NCBI RefSeq assembly: GCF_963921235.1
Contig: NC_086107.1
Span: forward strand, 46,872,001-46,936,000
DNA: 64,000 bases
From: Mobula hypostoma
Lineage: Eukaryota
Direction: 5' to 3'
Shown: positions 1 to 11,800 of the stretch, one piece after another
How positions within the stretch are numbered: position 1 is the stretch's first letter
Layout: each line of letters opens with the position of its first letter
Notes under the pieces: generated by a model
Databases searched by the model: none
Seen by the model: only the letters and a program-made list of their open reading frames with translations
Told to the model about the DNA's origin: nothing
Made by a program: the position numbers and the translations under genes

Positions 1-111
1 TAAATTTGAAATATTGTGTTGTATCAGGTACAGTCGGCCCTCCTTATCCTCGAGTTCCGCATGCGCGAATTCAACCAACCGCAAATCGAGAAAACCTGGA
101 AGTGCTCTTCC

Positions 112-272
112 NNNNNNNNNNNNNNNNNNNNNNNNNNNNNNNNNNNNNNNNNNNNNNNNNNNNNNNNNNNNNNNNNNNNNNNNNNNNNNNNNNNNNNNNN
201 NNNNNNNNNNNNNNNNNNNNNNNNNNNNNNNNNNNNNNNNNNNNNNNNNNNNNNNNNNNNNNNNNNNNNNNN
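112..272. other. assembly gap (N run)
   Basis: Run of Ns. Confidence 1.
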
Positions 273-775
273 AATCGGGATCGAAAAAAAACAGAAGTTC
301 TCTTACTAAGTAAGTTGGAACAGGTACATCCGGTATTATTTAGCGTCAGTTAGTCAAACGTTTGTCTTAGTATATAGTATATATTTTACCTTTCTATGCA
401 TATAAAACACTTAAGAAACGTATGTTTCAGCGCCGGCCTTGGGAACGGAAATTCCTGAGTTCGATCCAGTGACAGACCGCTCCCGAGCGCTCTCCATCCC
501 TGCCGGGTTGATGTGGAGGATCAAAAACCCAAAACCCCAAAACCCAATGTTGCTTAGTAATAATTTTAGCTTTAATTGGGCAGGGCCTTTCTCATTTTAT
601 CCTTTAAAATTGTTCCAATCGTTGACCGATTGTAGCCTAACGCTTTTACTATGACCGATGGCGTTTCACCTCTTTCTGATCGCTTCATTATTTCCACTTT
701 ATTTTCAATCGTGATCGTGATTATTTTCGTGAACAGAAACACTGCGGATTCAGAGCTCCGCCACCGGGCCCTAAT

Positions 776-913
776 GTCCACTGTACTGAGACAGGTTAAA
801 TAAGGTCCGGGGTTCCACTGGGTCCTAAGGTCCACTGCATTTAGACAGGCTAAATAAGGTCCGGGGTACCACTGGGTTCTAAGGTCCACCGCATTTAGAC
901 AGGTTGAATAAGG
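776..913. repeat. 54-bp tandem repeat (~2.6 copies) inside the Tigger element
   Basis: GTCCAC(T/C)G recurs at 776, 830 and 884, a period of 54. Confidence 0.9.
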
Positions 914-1173
914 AGCTCGAGCATCTGCGTTTTTTGGTATCCGCAAGGGGTCTCAGAATAAATCCCTCGCGGATAAGGAGGGCTGACTGTACATGGGATA
1001 TATGCAAAGATTTGATCTCATGCTGATACATATAGTCACCTGAAGTTACATAGTATTAAACGGCACATTAACTGGCCAAATAATTTTTTTCTTCTTCGTC
1101 CCTTGTTCTCATTCTTCTAGTGCTGGCCTGACCCTATAGTATAGTTAGACTTGTTGTTGAGACCAGATTTATT

Positions 1174-1935
1174 ATCTTGCATTGTGAGATATGGATCAAC
1201 TGGAAAGTTGGGTGGAATGTGACAGATGGACTTCAATTCAGACAAGCATGAGGATCATACACTTGAAGAGGTCAACTTCTGTGTGGACACAGAGTAGATG
1301 AAAGGGAGTTAAGGAACATTGATAACCGGAGAAACATTGATGTGTAAATCCATTAGCTCCCTGAAAGTGGCAATACACATGAAATTAAAAAGGAATTTAG
1401 TACGCCTGCTTTTGTAGGCTGAGATGTTGAGTATAAGAATTGGGACATTAAACTGCAGTTGTACAAAGCATTGGCTAGTTTACTCGAGTAGAGTATTGTA
1501 CACAGTTCTGGTTACTTCATTACAGGAAGGATGGAGCAACAATCGAGCAGGTACAGAAGTGATTCACCAGGTGTTCTATGGAATGGTAGGCTGTAAAAAG
1601 AAATTGGTTTATTCTCACTAGAATGTAGGAAAAAGAGGTGACCTTGTAGAAAAGGGCACAGGGACTCTAGAAGTACTGTCAGTTTAAGTTGAGGGGGAGA
1701 TTTGAGAGAGGATTTTCCACATGGAGACTGGTATTTATTTAAAATGGACTGCCTGAGGAGATAGTGGAGGCAGGTACAATTCCAAATGTTTAAAAGTTGT
1801 TTGCACAGGTTCTTGGATAGGAAAGGCATAGAAGGACATATGGCTAATGCAGACAAATAAAATTAATGTATATGGGCATCATAGTTGGCATAGATGGGGA
1901 TGGCTACAAGGGCTCGTTTCTGTATTATATCTCTA
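1174..1935 (+). mobile_element. degenerate CR1 LINE 3' fragment
   Basis: Similar to the RT C-terminus and 3' UTR of the better-preserved CR1 copies in this window. Confidence 0.75.
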
Positions 1936-2081
1936 ATTCCATGATCCTTTGATATTTATCATATCCATTTGTATTTTGTCATGTTTCTGCTGATATTCAC
2001 ATCCCATGTCACATCTCAGTATAGCACATCCCTGGGTAACCAATCAATTCCGTTTTTAAACACATCTATAAGTCGATTTTT

Positions 2082-2210
2082 GAGGGGGGAGGGAGGAGGG
2101 GGAGAGAAGGGGGTGGGGGTGTGGGAGGGAAGGGGAGGGGAGGGGATGGAAGGGGAGAGGGTCAAAGGAGAGGGAGGAAAGAGGGGAGGGTCAAGGGAGA
2201 GGAGAGGGGG
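2082..2210. repeat. GA-rich polypurine low-complexity tract
   Basis: Nearly pure G/A run about 310 bp upstream of the IgV exon. Confidence 0.9.
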
Positions 2211-2520
2211 AATAGTTCTTCAGTTTATTGGAAGGAATGCATTGTTTAAAATAAAGTTCTAGTAAATTCCTCAGGATTTTAAAACCATAATTAGTTAACA
2301 GTAGATGCCGGTAGTAGAGGCCAGTTGTATTTCCTGTCATCTCGTGAGAGTGCCTATTGTCAAGTGTGTCAGTTGTTAAGCACTTTCATAATAAAAATGT
2401 AGCATAACTTCATGTTGATAGGCAAAAACGGCCTCAATCTAAAATTACTTTCCTGCAGTTGGAAGATAAATTAGAAAATTATTGTCTTACTAATGATAAT
2501 TTTGACCTTAATTATTGCAG

Positions 2521-2877
2521 AAGGTGACTTAACAGTGTCTATGGATACAAAAATTGTGGAAGCCACTGTGAATAAAGATGTTCTTCTTGAATGCCGTGTG
2601 TCTGGTTACAAGGCCACGGAAATTGACCTTAGAACCGTTGCAGTTCAGTGGTTCTTTCAAAAACCTGACTCTTCTGACAGACAAGAAGTATATCATTTCA
2701 CTGGAGGCAGGCATACGCCATACAGAAAAGGAGCTGAAATATTTGACAACGAATTGAAGAAGGGAATTGCTTCTCTTTTTCTTCCACTTGTGCAATTTAA
2801 TGAAGAAGGAGATTACACCTGCACTGTTTCTATTAACTTAGAGAATGGAGAAGGAAAATCTTCCATGACTGTTTCAG
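2521..2877 (+). CDS. NCR3LG1: IgV-domain exon of B7-H6-like gene
   Basis: Acceptor ttgcag|aa, donor tcag|gtaaaa, phase 1-1. V-set motifs LLECRV, VQWF, ASLFLP and EEGDYTC. Confidence 0.93.
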
Positions 2878-5800
2878 GTAAAAATAATAAAGCATGAATT
2901 CTTCCCCTTATACAAACTGTCGAATTACTGCTGCAGCATATTTGATCAAGGAAGGTATTCACCGATATTTATGCGTGTAGTTGCAAGCAGTTTAATGATA
3001 CCCCTATAAATTTAAAATAACAGTCAGTTTTAAAGTTTTGAGGGCTTTATGCATGGTCACATAGCTGGGACGGCATGATGGCATAGCGGTTAGAGCAACA
3101 CTTTGCAGTGTGCCAGCTGTAAGATCAGGGTTCAAATTCCACCACTGTTTGTATGTTCCCCCTAGTTTCCTCCCACATTTCAAAGACTAGGATTAGGATT
3201 AGTGAGTTATAAGCATGCTACGTTGGCAACAGAAATGTGCTGACGCTTGCAGGCTGCCCAGCACAATCCTCGCTGATTTGATTTGATGCAAGTGATGCAT
3301 TTCACTCTATGTTTCAATGTATGTACAAGTGACAAATAAAACTAATCTTTATAATCCTTTAACTAAATCAGCAGTGTTGCACCAATGTGTTGCCATAGTT
3401 GCAATTTTGGAACATTATTAATAAATAACACTGGTGGTGAAATTTATACTATAATATAGTGATGTACAGAGCATCTGCACAAGGTGATGTCCTCTGACTT
3501 TTTTTTGTGCTGACAATTAGAATTCTGTCAACAAGGTACATTTTCAAACAGTGTTTTGCCATTTATTTTACTTGTAAACTTCTTAATATAGTTGCAGATT
3601 ATCTCCAAAATGAGATTTTGGAAATGCTGTTGCAAGATGCTTTCCTAAAATATAAAATGCTTTCTCTACTGCAAATTAAATAAATCTTGTCTTGCTGTAT
3701 CATAATTATATGAATACCTCTATTCATGAGTGTGGAAGGAACAAACCTGTCAATAGATATTGAAATCTGGTGCTGGAGAGTGTCTCGGGTGTACTCTGCT
3801 TTAAGATGATGACCAGCCCAGTGATAAGATGATGTTTAATATTCATGCTCAACTTCATATTACCATTTACATGGTTGGTATTTTGTGCATTAAACTACGG
3901 AATGGCAAAATCACAAGTTTGTGTTCTGGGAGTAAAGACGTGATTAACCTACATCTTTACACTTTAATTATCAGGAAGAGCTATCTTCAACTGTGAAAAT
4001 TTTAACATGTGCGGTAATTGTTTGATTCAATAGATGCAAAAGGTATTTAATATTAAATTATGACTATATTATATCTTTACAGCCAAACCAAATGTGGTAT
4101 TATCTTCAACTGCCATCACAATTGAGAATGGTACTGAAAAGTCAGTAAATTGTAGCAGTACCGGTTTTTATCCCAAGACAATTGAGATGAGCTGGTTAAA
4201 GAAATCTAAAGATGGAGAAGAAAAGATTTTGAAGCATTTCTGCACAGGATCCCCAATTAAAAATAATGATGGAACCTACAGTGTTTCTAGTCGTATGAGG
4301 TTACGGCCATCGCTCCAAGATAATTCTAATGTTTACATATGCTTTGTGAGACACAGATCACTTCGTAATGGTGAAAAGTTGGAAACCACTCTGAGTGTGA
4401 AAGGTAAGTGTTGAGCTTACTTTATGTGCACATTAAGTTTGTAATGGAAAATATAGGCATAAAGTGAAGGCTAACATGTTGTTATGAGACTTTATTACTT
4501 TGTTCATGGGATGTGGACATTAACGATAATGTTGACAAGTTTTGCCCATCCCAATTTGTCCCTGGACTGAGAAGATCATTAAGATTCTACCAGATTGCTA
4601 GATCTGGAATTATGAATAGATAAGCATGGCACATTTCTTTATCCCAAGGATATTTACAAAACATACAAATGCAGTTTCATGCTTCCATTAGCAGCTTTTG
4701 TAATCACAAGGTTTTAACTAGAAATTGAAAGACATTGTTTTGGTATACATGTTTGGAGCACAAAACAATAATAAAAACCTTCAAACTGGAAGCTTATAAC
4801 AAAAAAAACTTGTAAGGTACTAATTGTGGGGGATGTTATTTTTTTAGTAGAGGCCAGACAAACTTAAGATATGAAATTTGGGTGGCTGGGAGGTCAAGGG
4901 TTAAGGGTGAAAAATTCAAGGGGAACATGAGAGGAAACTTCTTCACTTGGCGTGACAGTGTGGAATGAAATGCCACCAAGCACAAGTAGTGCATGCAAGC
5001 TTGATATCACTGTTTAGGAGAAGTTTGGATAGTTACATGGATTGTACGGGTATGGAGGGCTATGGTCCTGGTGTAGGTCAATGAGAGTAGGCATCTTAAA
5101 TGATTCGGCATGGACGAGATGAGAATTAGGGCCTATTTCTGTCCTGTACTTTTTCTATGACGCTGAAACGTAGCTACAGACCAAATTCATCAAATGCATT
5201 TGAGAGAGCTGTCTGAATCATGTCATTTTTGAACTAACTGGGATATTAGTTGTTTTGGTTCTAGCTTTGTGTAGTGAGACATTGCTAATTAATAGACTCA
5301 TATTGAAGGATTCTTTAAAGGATAGTGGACAGGATGTACCAATGGATTGTGATCAAATAATCAGGCATCGTATAATTACATGCACATGATTATGTAAGGC
5401 TGTTTATTAGCTAGTCTGTAGAGAAATCTCCCACTGAGCATATTTTTGTGTGGAGGACTTTGCAAAATTGGCAAGATGGGAGCTAGTTTGCTGCATCTGA
5501 TTTTGATGCCTATATTGATGCTGGGTGGTCCACTTGTTTCATGCTTACAATGTTTTCATATTGTGGTACTTGTTTAGAGGGCACATAAAAAGAGTCAATC
5601 ACTTTGGAGGGTTTGGAAGCTCATATAAGCCAGACCAGGTAATTTCTTCTTGTGAAGAGAATTTATGAATCAAATGGGTTTTGCTAGTTTTGTGCATTTA
5701 TGAAAGTTATTTTGTAGTGTGATTTTAAAAAATATAATATTCTAAAGCTTATGTAAAGTCAAGAAATGCTTAAATTATCAATGGCAAAGGAAGATAAATT

Positions 5801-8800
5801 AATGTTAATGCAATTCTGAAGAATCTCCAACCCAAAATAATCTTCCAACTTTAAGATTAACCATTATTTTTGAATAAATTAAAAAAATATAAATATTCAT
5901 TATTAAAGCTTTTTTTTTAACAGAGCCAGAAGTTGTTGTACCAGGGGGAATAATAGCTGGCAGTGTATTTGCTAGTGTACTGATATGTTCACTGATCATG
6001 ATCATTGGATTTGTGATGTATCTGCGATATTTCAGAAAAGGTAAGATATGCTTCAGTACATCAGAAACATGAATAATTAACTCCTTTTCTGTGTCTCACA
6101 CATTTATTGGAATGCACTCCATTGCCTTAAGTGCATCTTACTGAACAGGTAATTCTTAGCTGATCCCTGGGAAAGCATTTGTTTAAAATGTATTTCTTTG
6201 TGATGAGTCGTCAATTCACCTTCTAGGCCTCATTGCAGTTCACAAGATCACAAGACAAAGGAGTGGAAGTAGGCCATTCGGCCCATCGAGTCTGCTCTGC
6301 CACTCCACCATGAGCTAAACTATTCTTCCAATTAGTTGCAATTTTCGGCTTTTTCCCCATATCCCTTGATACCCTGACTAATTAGATACCTATCAATCTC
6401 CTCCTTAAACACCTTCAATGATCGGGCCTCCACAGCTTTATGTGGCAACGAGTTCCATAAGTCCACGACCCTCTGGCTAAAAAAATTTCTCCTCATCTGT
6501 TGTAAATGGGTACCCTGTAATTCTAAGACTGTGGCCTCTTGTCCTGGACTCACCCACCAAGGGAAACAGCCTTTCCACATCTACTCTGTCCAACCCTTTC
6601 AACATTCGAAATGTTTCTATGAGATCCCCTCTCATTCTTCTACACTCTGATGAATACAGTCGAAGAGCCGACAAACGCTCCTCATATGTTAGCTCCTGCG
6701 TTCCAGGAATCATCCTCGTAAATCATTCCCAGTTACTCCTTCACTATTTGCAGCATTTAGGCATGGAAACCTGATAAGATAGGTATATTTGATTAAGAAT
6801 CTTAAAGTTTAAATTAAATTTGATCTGAAAATAATTTTTACTAGAAAGTAAAATTTAGACTTCTCCATGCTATGAAACACTACATTTGGTATTGTGCATT
6901 AGCCACTTTGTGTTTACTTTAGAATTTTTCAATTTAAAGCTACAAAGTCTATACAACAAATATATGTGAAATAAAAAGGATACATTCCTGGCCCGTTTTC
7001 ATTATTTTACCTTTTAGAAACCAGGTTGACTAAAATCTATTATGTTTTATGCTGTATAGTTAGGTTTATGTGTCACTTTTAAGCTTGTTACCTCCATTGG
7101 CTGTTGATTACACAGTTCTGGAATTTGCTCTCTGAATGTATTTGCCTTCCTTCTTTATGATACTTCTTAAGAGCCATGAATTTGCCCAAGATTTAGCCAC
7201 TATCCATAAAACCACAGAACATAAGAGTAGAATTATGGCCCATCAAGTTTGCTCTGCTATTTTATCATGGCTGATCCATTTCCCTCTCAGCCCCATTGTC
7301 CTGACTTCTCCACGTAACATTTATGCCTTGACTAATTAGGAAACTATCAGCCTGTACCTGAAAACACCAAATAACCTGGCCTCCACAGGCAACTGTGGCA
7401 AGGAATTCCACAGATTTCCCACTCTGGTTAAAGAAATCCCTCCTCATCTCTGTTCTAAACAGACATCCCTCTAATCTGAGGCTGTGTCTTCTGGTCCTAG
7501 ACTCCCCCACCACAAGAAACATCCTCTCCACATCCACTCTATCTAGGCCTTTCAATATTCAATGGATTTCAATTATACCTTTCATACAATAAGCCTGTCA
7601 TTCCCAGAATCAATCTTGTGAACCTCCTCTGAACTCTCTCCAATGTCAGTACATCCTTTCTTAAAATGATACTTCAAGTGGAGACTCATCTGTGCCATGT
7701 TAATTATCAGCATTACATCCTTGCCTTTATACTCTAGTCCTCTCAAGATGAATGCTAACATTGCATTTGCCTTCCTCACCACCAATTCAAACTGCAAATT
7801 AACCTTTAGGGAATCCTGCACAAGGACTCCCAAGTCCCTTTTCACCTTGGATTTTTGAATTTTCTCCCTGTTTAGGAAATAGTCTACTCCTTTATTCCTT
7901 CTACCAAAGTGCATGAGCATACACCTCCCTACACTATATTCCATCTGCCACTTTCTTGCCTATTCTTCCAATCTGTCTAAGTCCATCTGCAGTCTCCCTG
8001 CTTCCTCAGCACTATCTGTCCCTCCACCTATTGTCATATGATCCACAAACTTGGCCACAAAGCATCAATTCCATCTTCCAATCATTAATGTACAACATAG
8101 AAAGAAGCGGTAACAACACCAACACTTGCAGAACACTGCTAATCACCAGCAGCCAATCAAAAAAAAAACTCCCAATTAGCCAGTGCTCTAACCATGTGTT
8201 TCCTCTAATACCTTGGGCTTTTATCTTGATAAGCAGTGTCATGTGTGGCACCTTGTCAAATGCCTTCAGAAAACCCAAGTACACAATATCCACTGATCTT
8301 GCTTTGTTTATCCTATTTATTTCCTCAAAAAGAATTCCTACAGTTTTGTCAGGCAAGATTTTCCCTTAAGAAAACAAGTTAACATTGACCTATTTTATCA
8401 TGTGTCTCAAGGTACCCCGAAACTACATCCTTAACAATCAACTCCAACATGTTCCCAAATACTGAGGTCAGGCTCACTGGCCTATAGTTTCCTTTCTTCT
8501 GCCACTCTCCCTTCTTCAAGAGTGGAGTGACGTTTGCGGTTTTCCAGTCCGCTGGAACTATGCCAAAATCTATTGCTTCATGAAAGATTGTTACTAATGC
8601 CACAATCGTTTAAGCTACTCTTTCAGGACTCTTGGGTGTAGTGCAGCTGGTGCAAGGGACTGAACCACCTTCAGACATTTCAGATTTTCAAGCAGCTTCT
8701 CCCTAGTAATAGCAACTGCGCTCGCTTCTGCCTCCCGATGATCTCAAATTTCTGGCATAGTCTAGTGTCTTCCACAATTAAGACTGATGCAAAATACTTA

Positions 8801-11800
8801 TTTGGTTCATCCACCATTTGGTTGTCTCCCATTACTACCTCTCCAGCATCATTTTCCAGTGGTCCAATATCTACTCTCAGCTCTTTTTTTACTCTGTATA
8901 TATCTGAAAAATGTTTGGTTTTGCCTTTGATATAGCTTACCTTAATATTTCATCTTTTTGCTCCATATGGCCTTTTTTGGTGCTTTCTGTTGTTTTTTAA
9001 AAGCTTCTCAATCCTCTAACTTCCCACTAATTTTTGTTTTATTATATGCCCTTTTTTTTTTGTTGCCTTTGACTCCCTTGTCAGCCGTCTTTATGTTATC
9101 CTCCCTTTAGAATACTACATCTTTAGGATGTATCTATTCCTGCACCTTCCCGATTGCTCCCAGAAACTCCAGCTATTGCTGCTCTCTAGTCATCCCTGTG
9201 ACTGTCCCCTTCCAATCAACTTTGGTTTCTTACTTATGACTCTGTAATTCCTTTTTACTCCTCTTTAATACTGATACATCTGACTTTAACTTCTCCCTCT
9301 CAAATTGCAGGGTGAATTCTATCACATTATCACTGCCTCCCTAGGGTTCCTTTAGTTGAATCTCCCTTATCAAAACTGGTTCATTATACAACACCCAATC
9401 CAGAATAACAGTCTTCCTAGTGAGCTCAACCAAAAGCTGCTTTAAAAGGCCATCTTGTCGGCATTCTCCAAGTTATCTCTCCTGGGATCCAGCACCAACC
9501 TGACTTTCCCAATCTACCTTCATGTTGAGCTCCCCCATGACTATTGTAACATTGCCCTTTTGACGTGCGTTTGCTGCTCTATCTTCCATGGTAATTTGTA
9601 GCCTCCAGCCTGGCTATTGTTCGAAGATCTGTATTTAACTCCTGTCAAGGTGTTTTTACATTTGCAATTTCTTACCTCTACCCACAAGGATTCTACGCCT
9701 TCCAATCCTATGTCGCCACATTCTAAGGATTATCCTCAATTACTCCATGTGGCTCTGTGTCACATTTTATTTAATAATGCTTCTGTGAAGACGATTGGAA
9801 CATTTTATTGCATTAGGGATGCAATGCACATAAAGCATCCATATTATTGTGTCCCCACCTGCTGACGACATATGGGAGTTGCTGCATTTTGATTAATTTG
9901 TACAGTTTCACACTTGCACAGATCAGAGAAAAAAAAAGCAGATCTGCCCCATAGCTAAATCAATGCACAAAGTTAATCCCTTGATTGCAAAAAGTGGAAA
10001 TGTGCTGTTACACAGAGAATAAAAAGAGCTCATGGTAGGCCAGACTGTGACTAATACACCCCGGGAAACACAATGCTTTGCAAAAGATTGAAATCCTAGA
10101 TATGATAAAATGTATAATTTCCAAGCTGAGGCTGAGCAAGTATATCAGGCATCATATTCAATAATTTTAATGTAAAGCATTCATGAATATTTTTAAATAG
10201 ACTATTTGTTAAATTCCTTATTTCAGTTTTCAGAAATATTAGTTCTGGAAAGCAAAAATATTTCAGAATGAATTATGAGTAATTTGTGGGAACCTGTTTG
10301 CTAAATTTCTTCAAGTGGCTTTGTTACGGAGATAGTACTCATTGTAAATGTGGACATGGCAATTTGTTGAAAGTGTGATGAGATCCGATTAGTCAAATGG
10401 TGAAGAAAAGTGGATTCCTATAAAGGAAAATGGCTTTCACATGATGATGCTTGAGTGAATACTGCCGGCAAGCAAAACAAACTCTCCGGGACATCACAGC
10501 AGCTGCATCCACTATACACACTTTATCATTTCTGTTGCATTTTCTTTGGTCTATCTCACTGGCCCACGAAACTATCGCAGAGTAGTTGGGCCCCACCGTT
10601 ATGCCTAAATCTACAACTTCCTGTTGGGCTGAACTCAGGCCTTCCTTCAGCATTTTTAGGAAGACTGGGTCATCCCTCCCTGGATTATCCAACCCTGAAT
10701 ACTCCTCATATGCTTGATATTTACATTCTGCATAACCCATGCCTGTCTCGTCAGCTTTTTGAATCACTGCCGTTATTGTTCCCCAGCTACTCTTGCCTTC
10801 CCCCAGCCGCTGCCTCACTTCCCCTTTAAAAGAGCGATATCTTTCTTCATTACTGGCGCTCCTGGTAGTTGCCCACGTACCAGCCCGCACCCCCTGGGCC
10901 ATCTTGTCCCACATATTCCTCGGGCACTTCGCTTTCACTAACACGTGTATATCTTTAGGGTGCATCTGGTGAATTTCAACCATTTCCTCGAGCTTGCGCC
11001 AGAATTCTGAATTCCCACAGGTGACTTTAAGTGAGGGCAACTCAGAAAAGATGCTCTGTTTCTCCCCGGGGGTGAAGGGCTTATGAATAGTCATAATCAA
11101 GGTCAAGGGCTGGCTCAGATCATCAGGGTTCTCAACCTGACGTTGCTTGATCTCAGTAGGTGCCATTCTGGTAGATCTATCTGGGTAAAACCACTTCCTG
11201 AGATATCCCCACATTAATTCCCACAGTACACAAAATATAAAACCGCAGAGTATGTATTCCACAATCTGCCACTTTTGAGTGCCGGAACTCATGATGCCTG
11301 CTGTATTCCTTTGCATCACACTTGCAAACGCATACACTAAAATGCAGCTCCCCGAACGAGTATGCACCTCCCTATTCTGGCGTCTCGAACTGTACTGTTG
11401 GTTACCACCTTTCGCAACTGGTGGTCCAAGTCTCACCAAGTTAACATGCAAAGATTCCTCACTTAAATAAACACACATGCACACGTACACACTACGTTTA
11501 CATCTACCAGTTCAGCTCTCCGCGTTTGTGATACTTTGTGTACCCGTGCACCACCGACTGAACAGATCCAAATGTGAGTGTTATTTTAGAAAAATACTCA
11601 CCAACTTAGACTGCTAGGAATGCTGGCCACACGATGGATCACGAAGCATCCTACTCCTGACACCAGATGTTGTAGCGTGGATGATATCACTGGAGATACA
11701 GAGTCACTGGTAGATACAAAGCAGCTTCTTTATTCGACAAAACAAGGTACAGCAGGCATCATACGGACGGAAGCGCTTTCGGTAGAAAGGTCTGCTAGCC

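Larger units (their letters stand above)
29..991 (-). mobile_element. Tigger/pogo-type (Tc1/mariner) non-autonomous DNA transposon
   Basis: TIR CAGTCGGCCCTCCTTATCC (31-49) and its inverse GGATAAGGAGGGCTGACTG (971-989, 1 mismatch), with TA at both ends. The minus-strand ORF 572-946 contains a CENP-B-like HTH remnant (IENKVEIMKRSERGETPSVIVKALGYNRSTIGTILK). Confidence 0.85.

Noticed and set aside
6-353. ORFs spanning the first gap
   Set aside because: Open only because of Ns; they lie within a Tigger element.
4404-4775. Read-through of the C1 exon giving a secreted V-C1 ending GKC*, with AATAAA at 4770
   Set aside because: GKC* follows from the GTAAGT donor consensus, and AATAAA is common in AT-rich introns; no further support.
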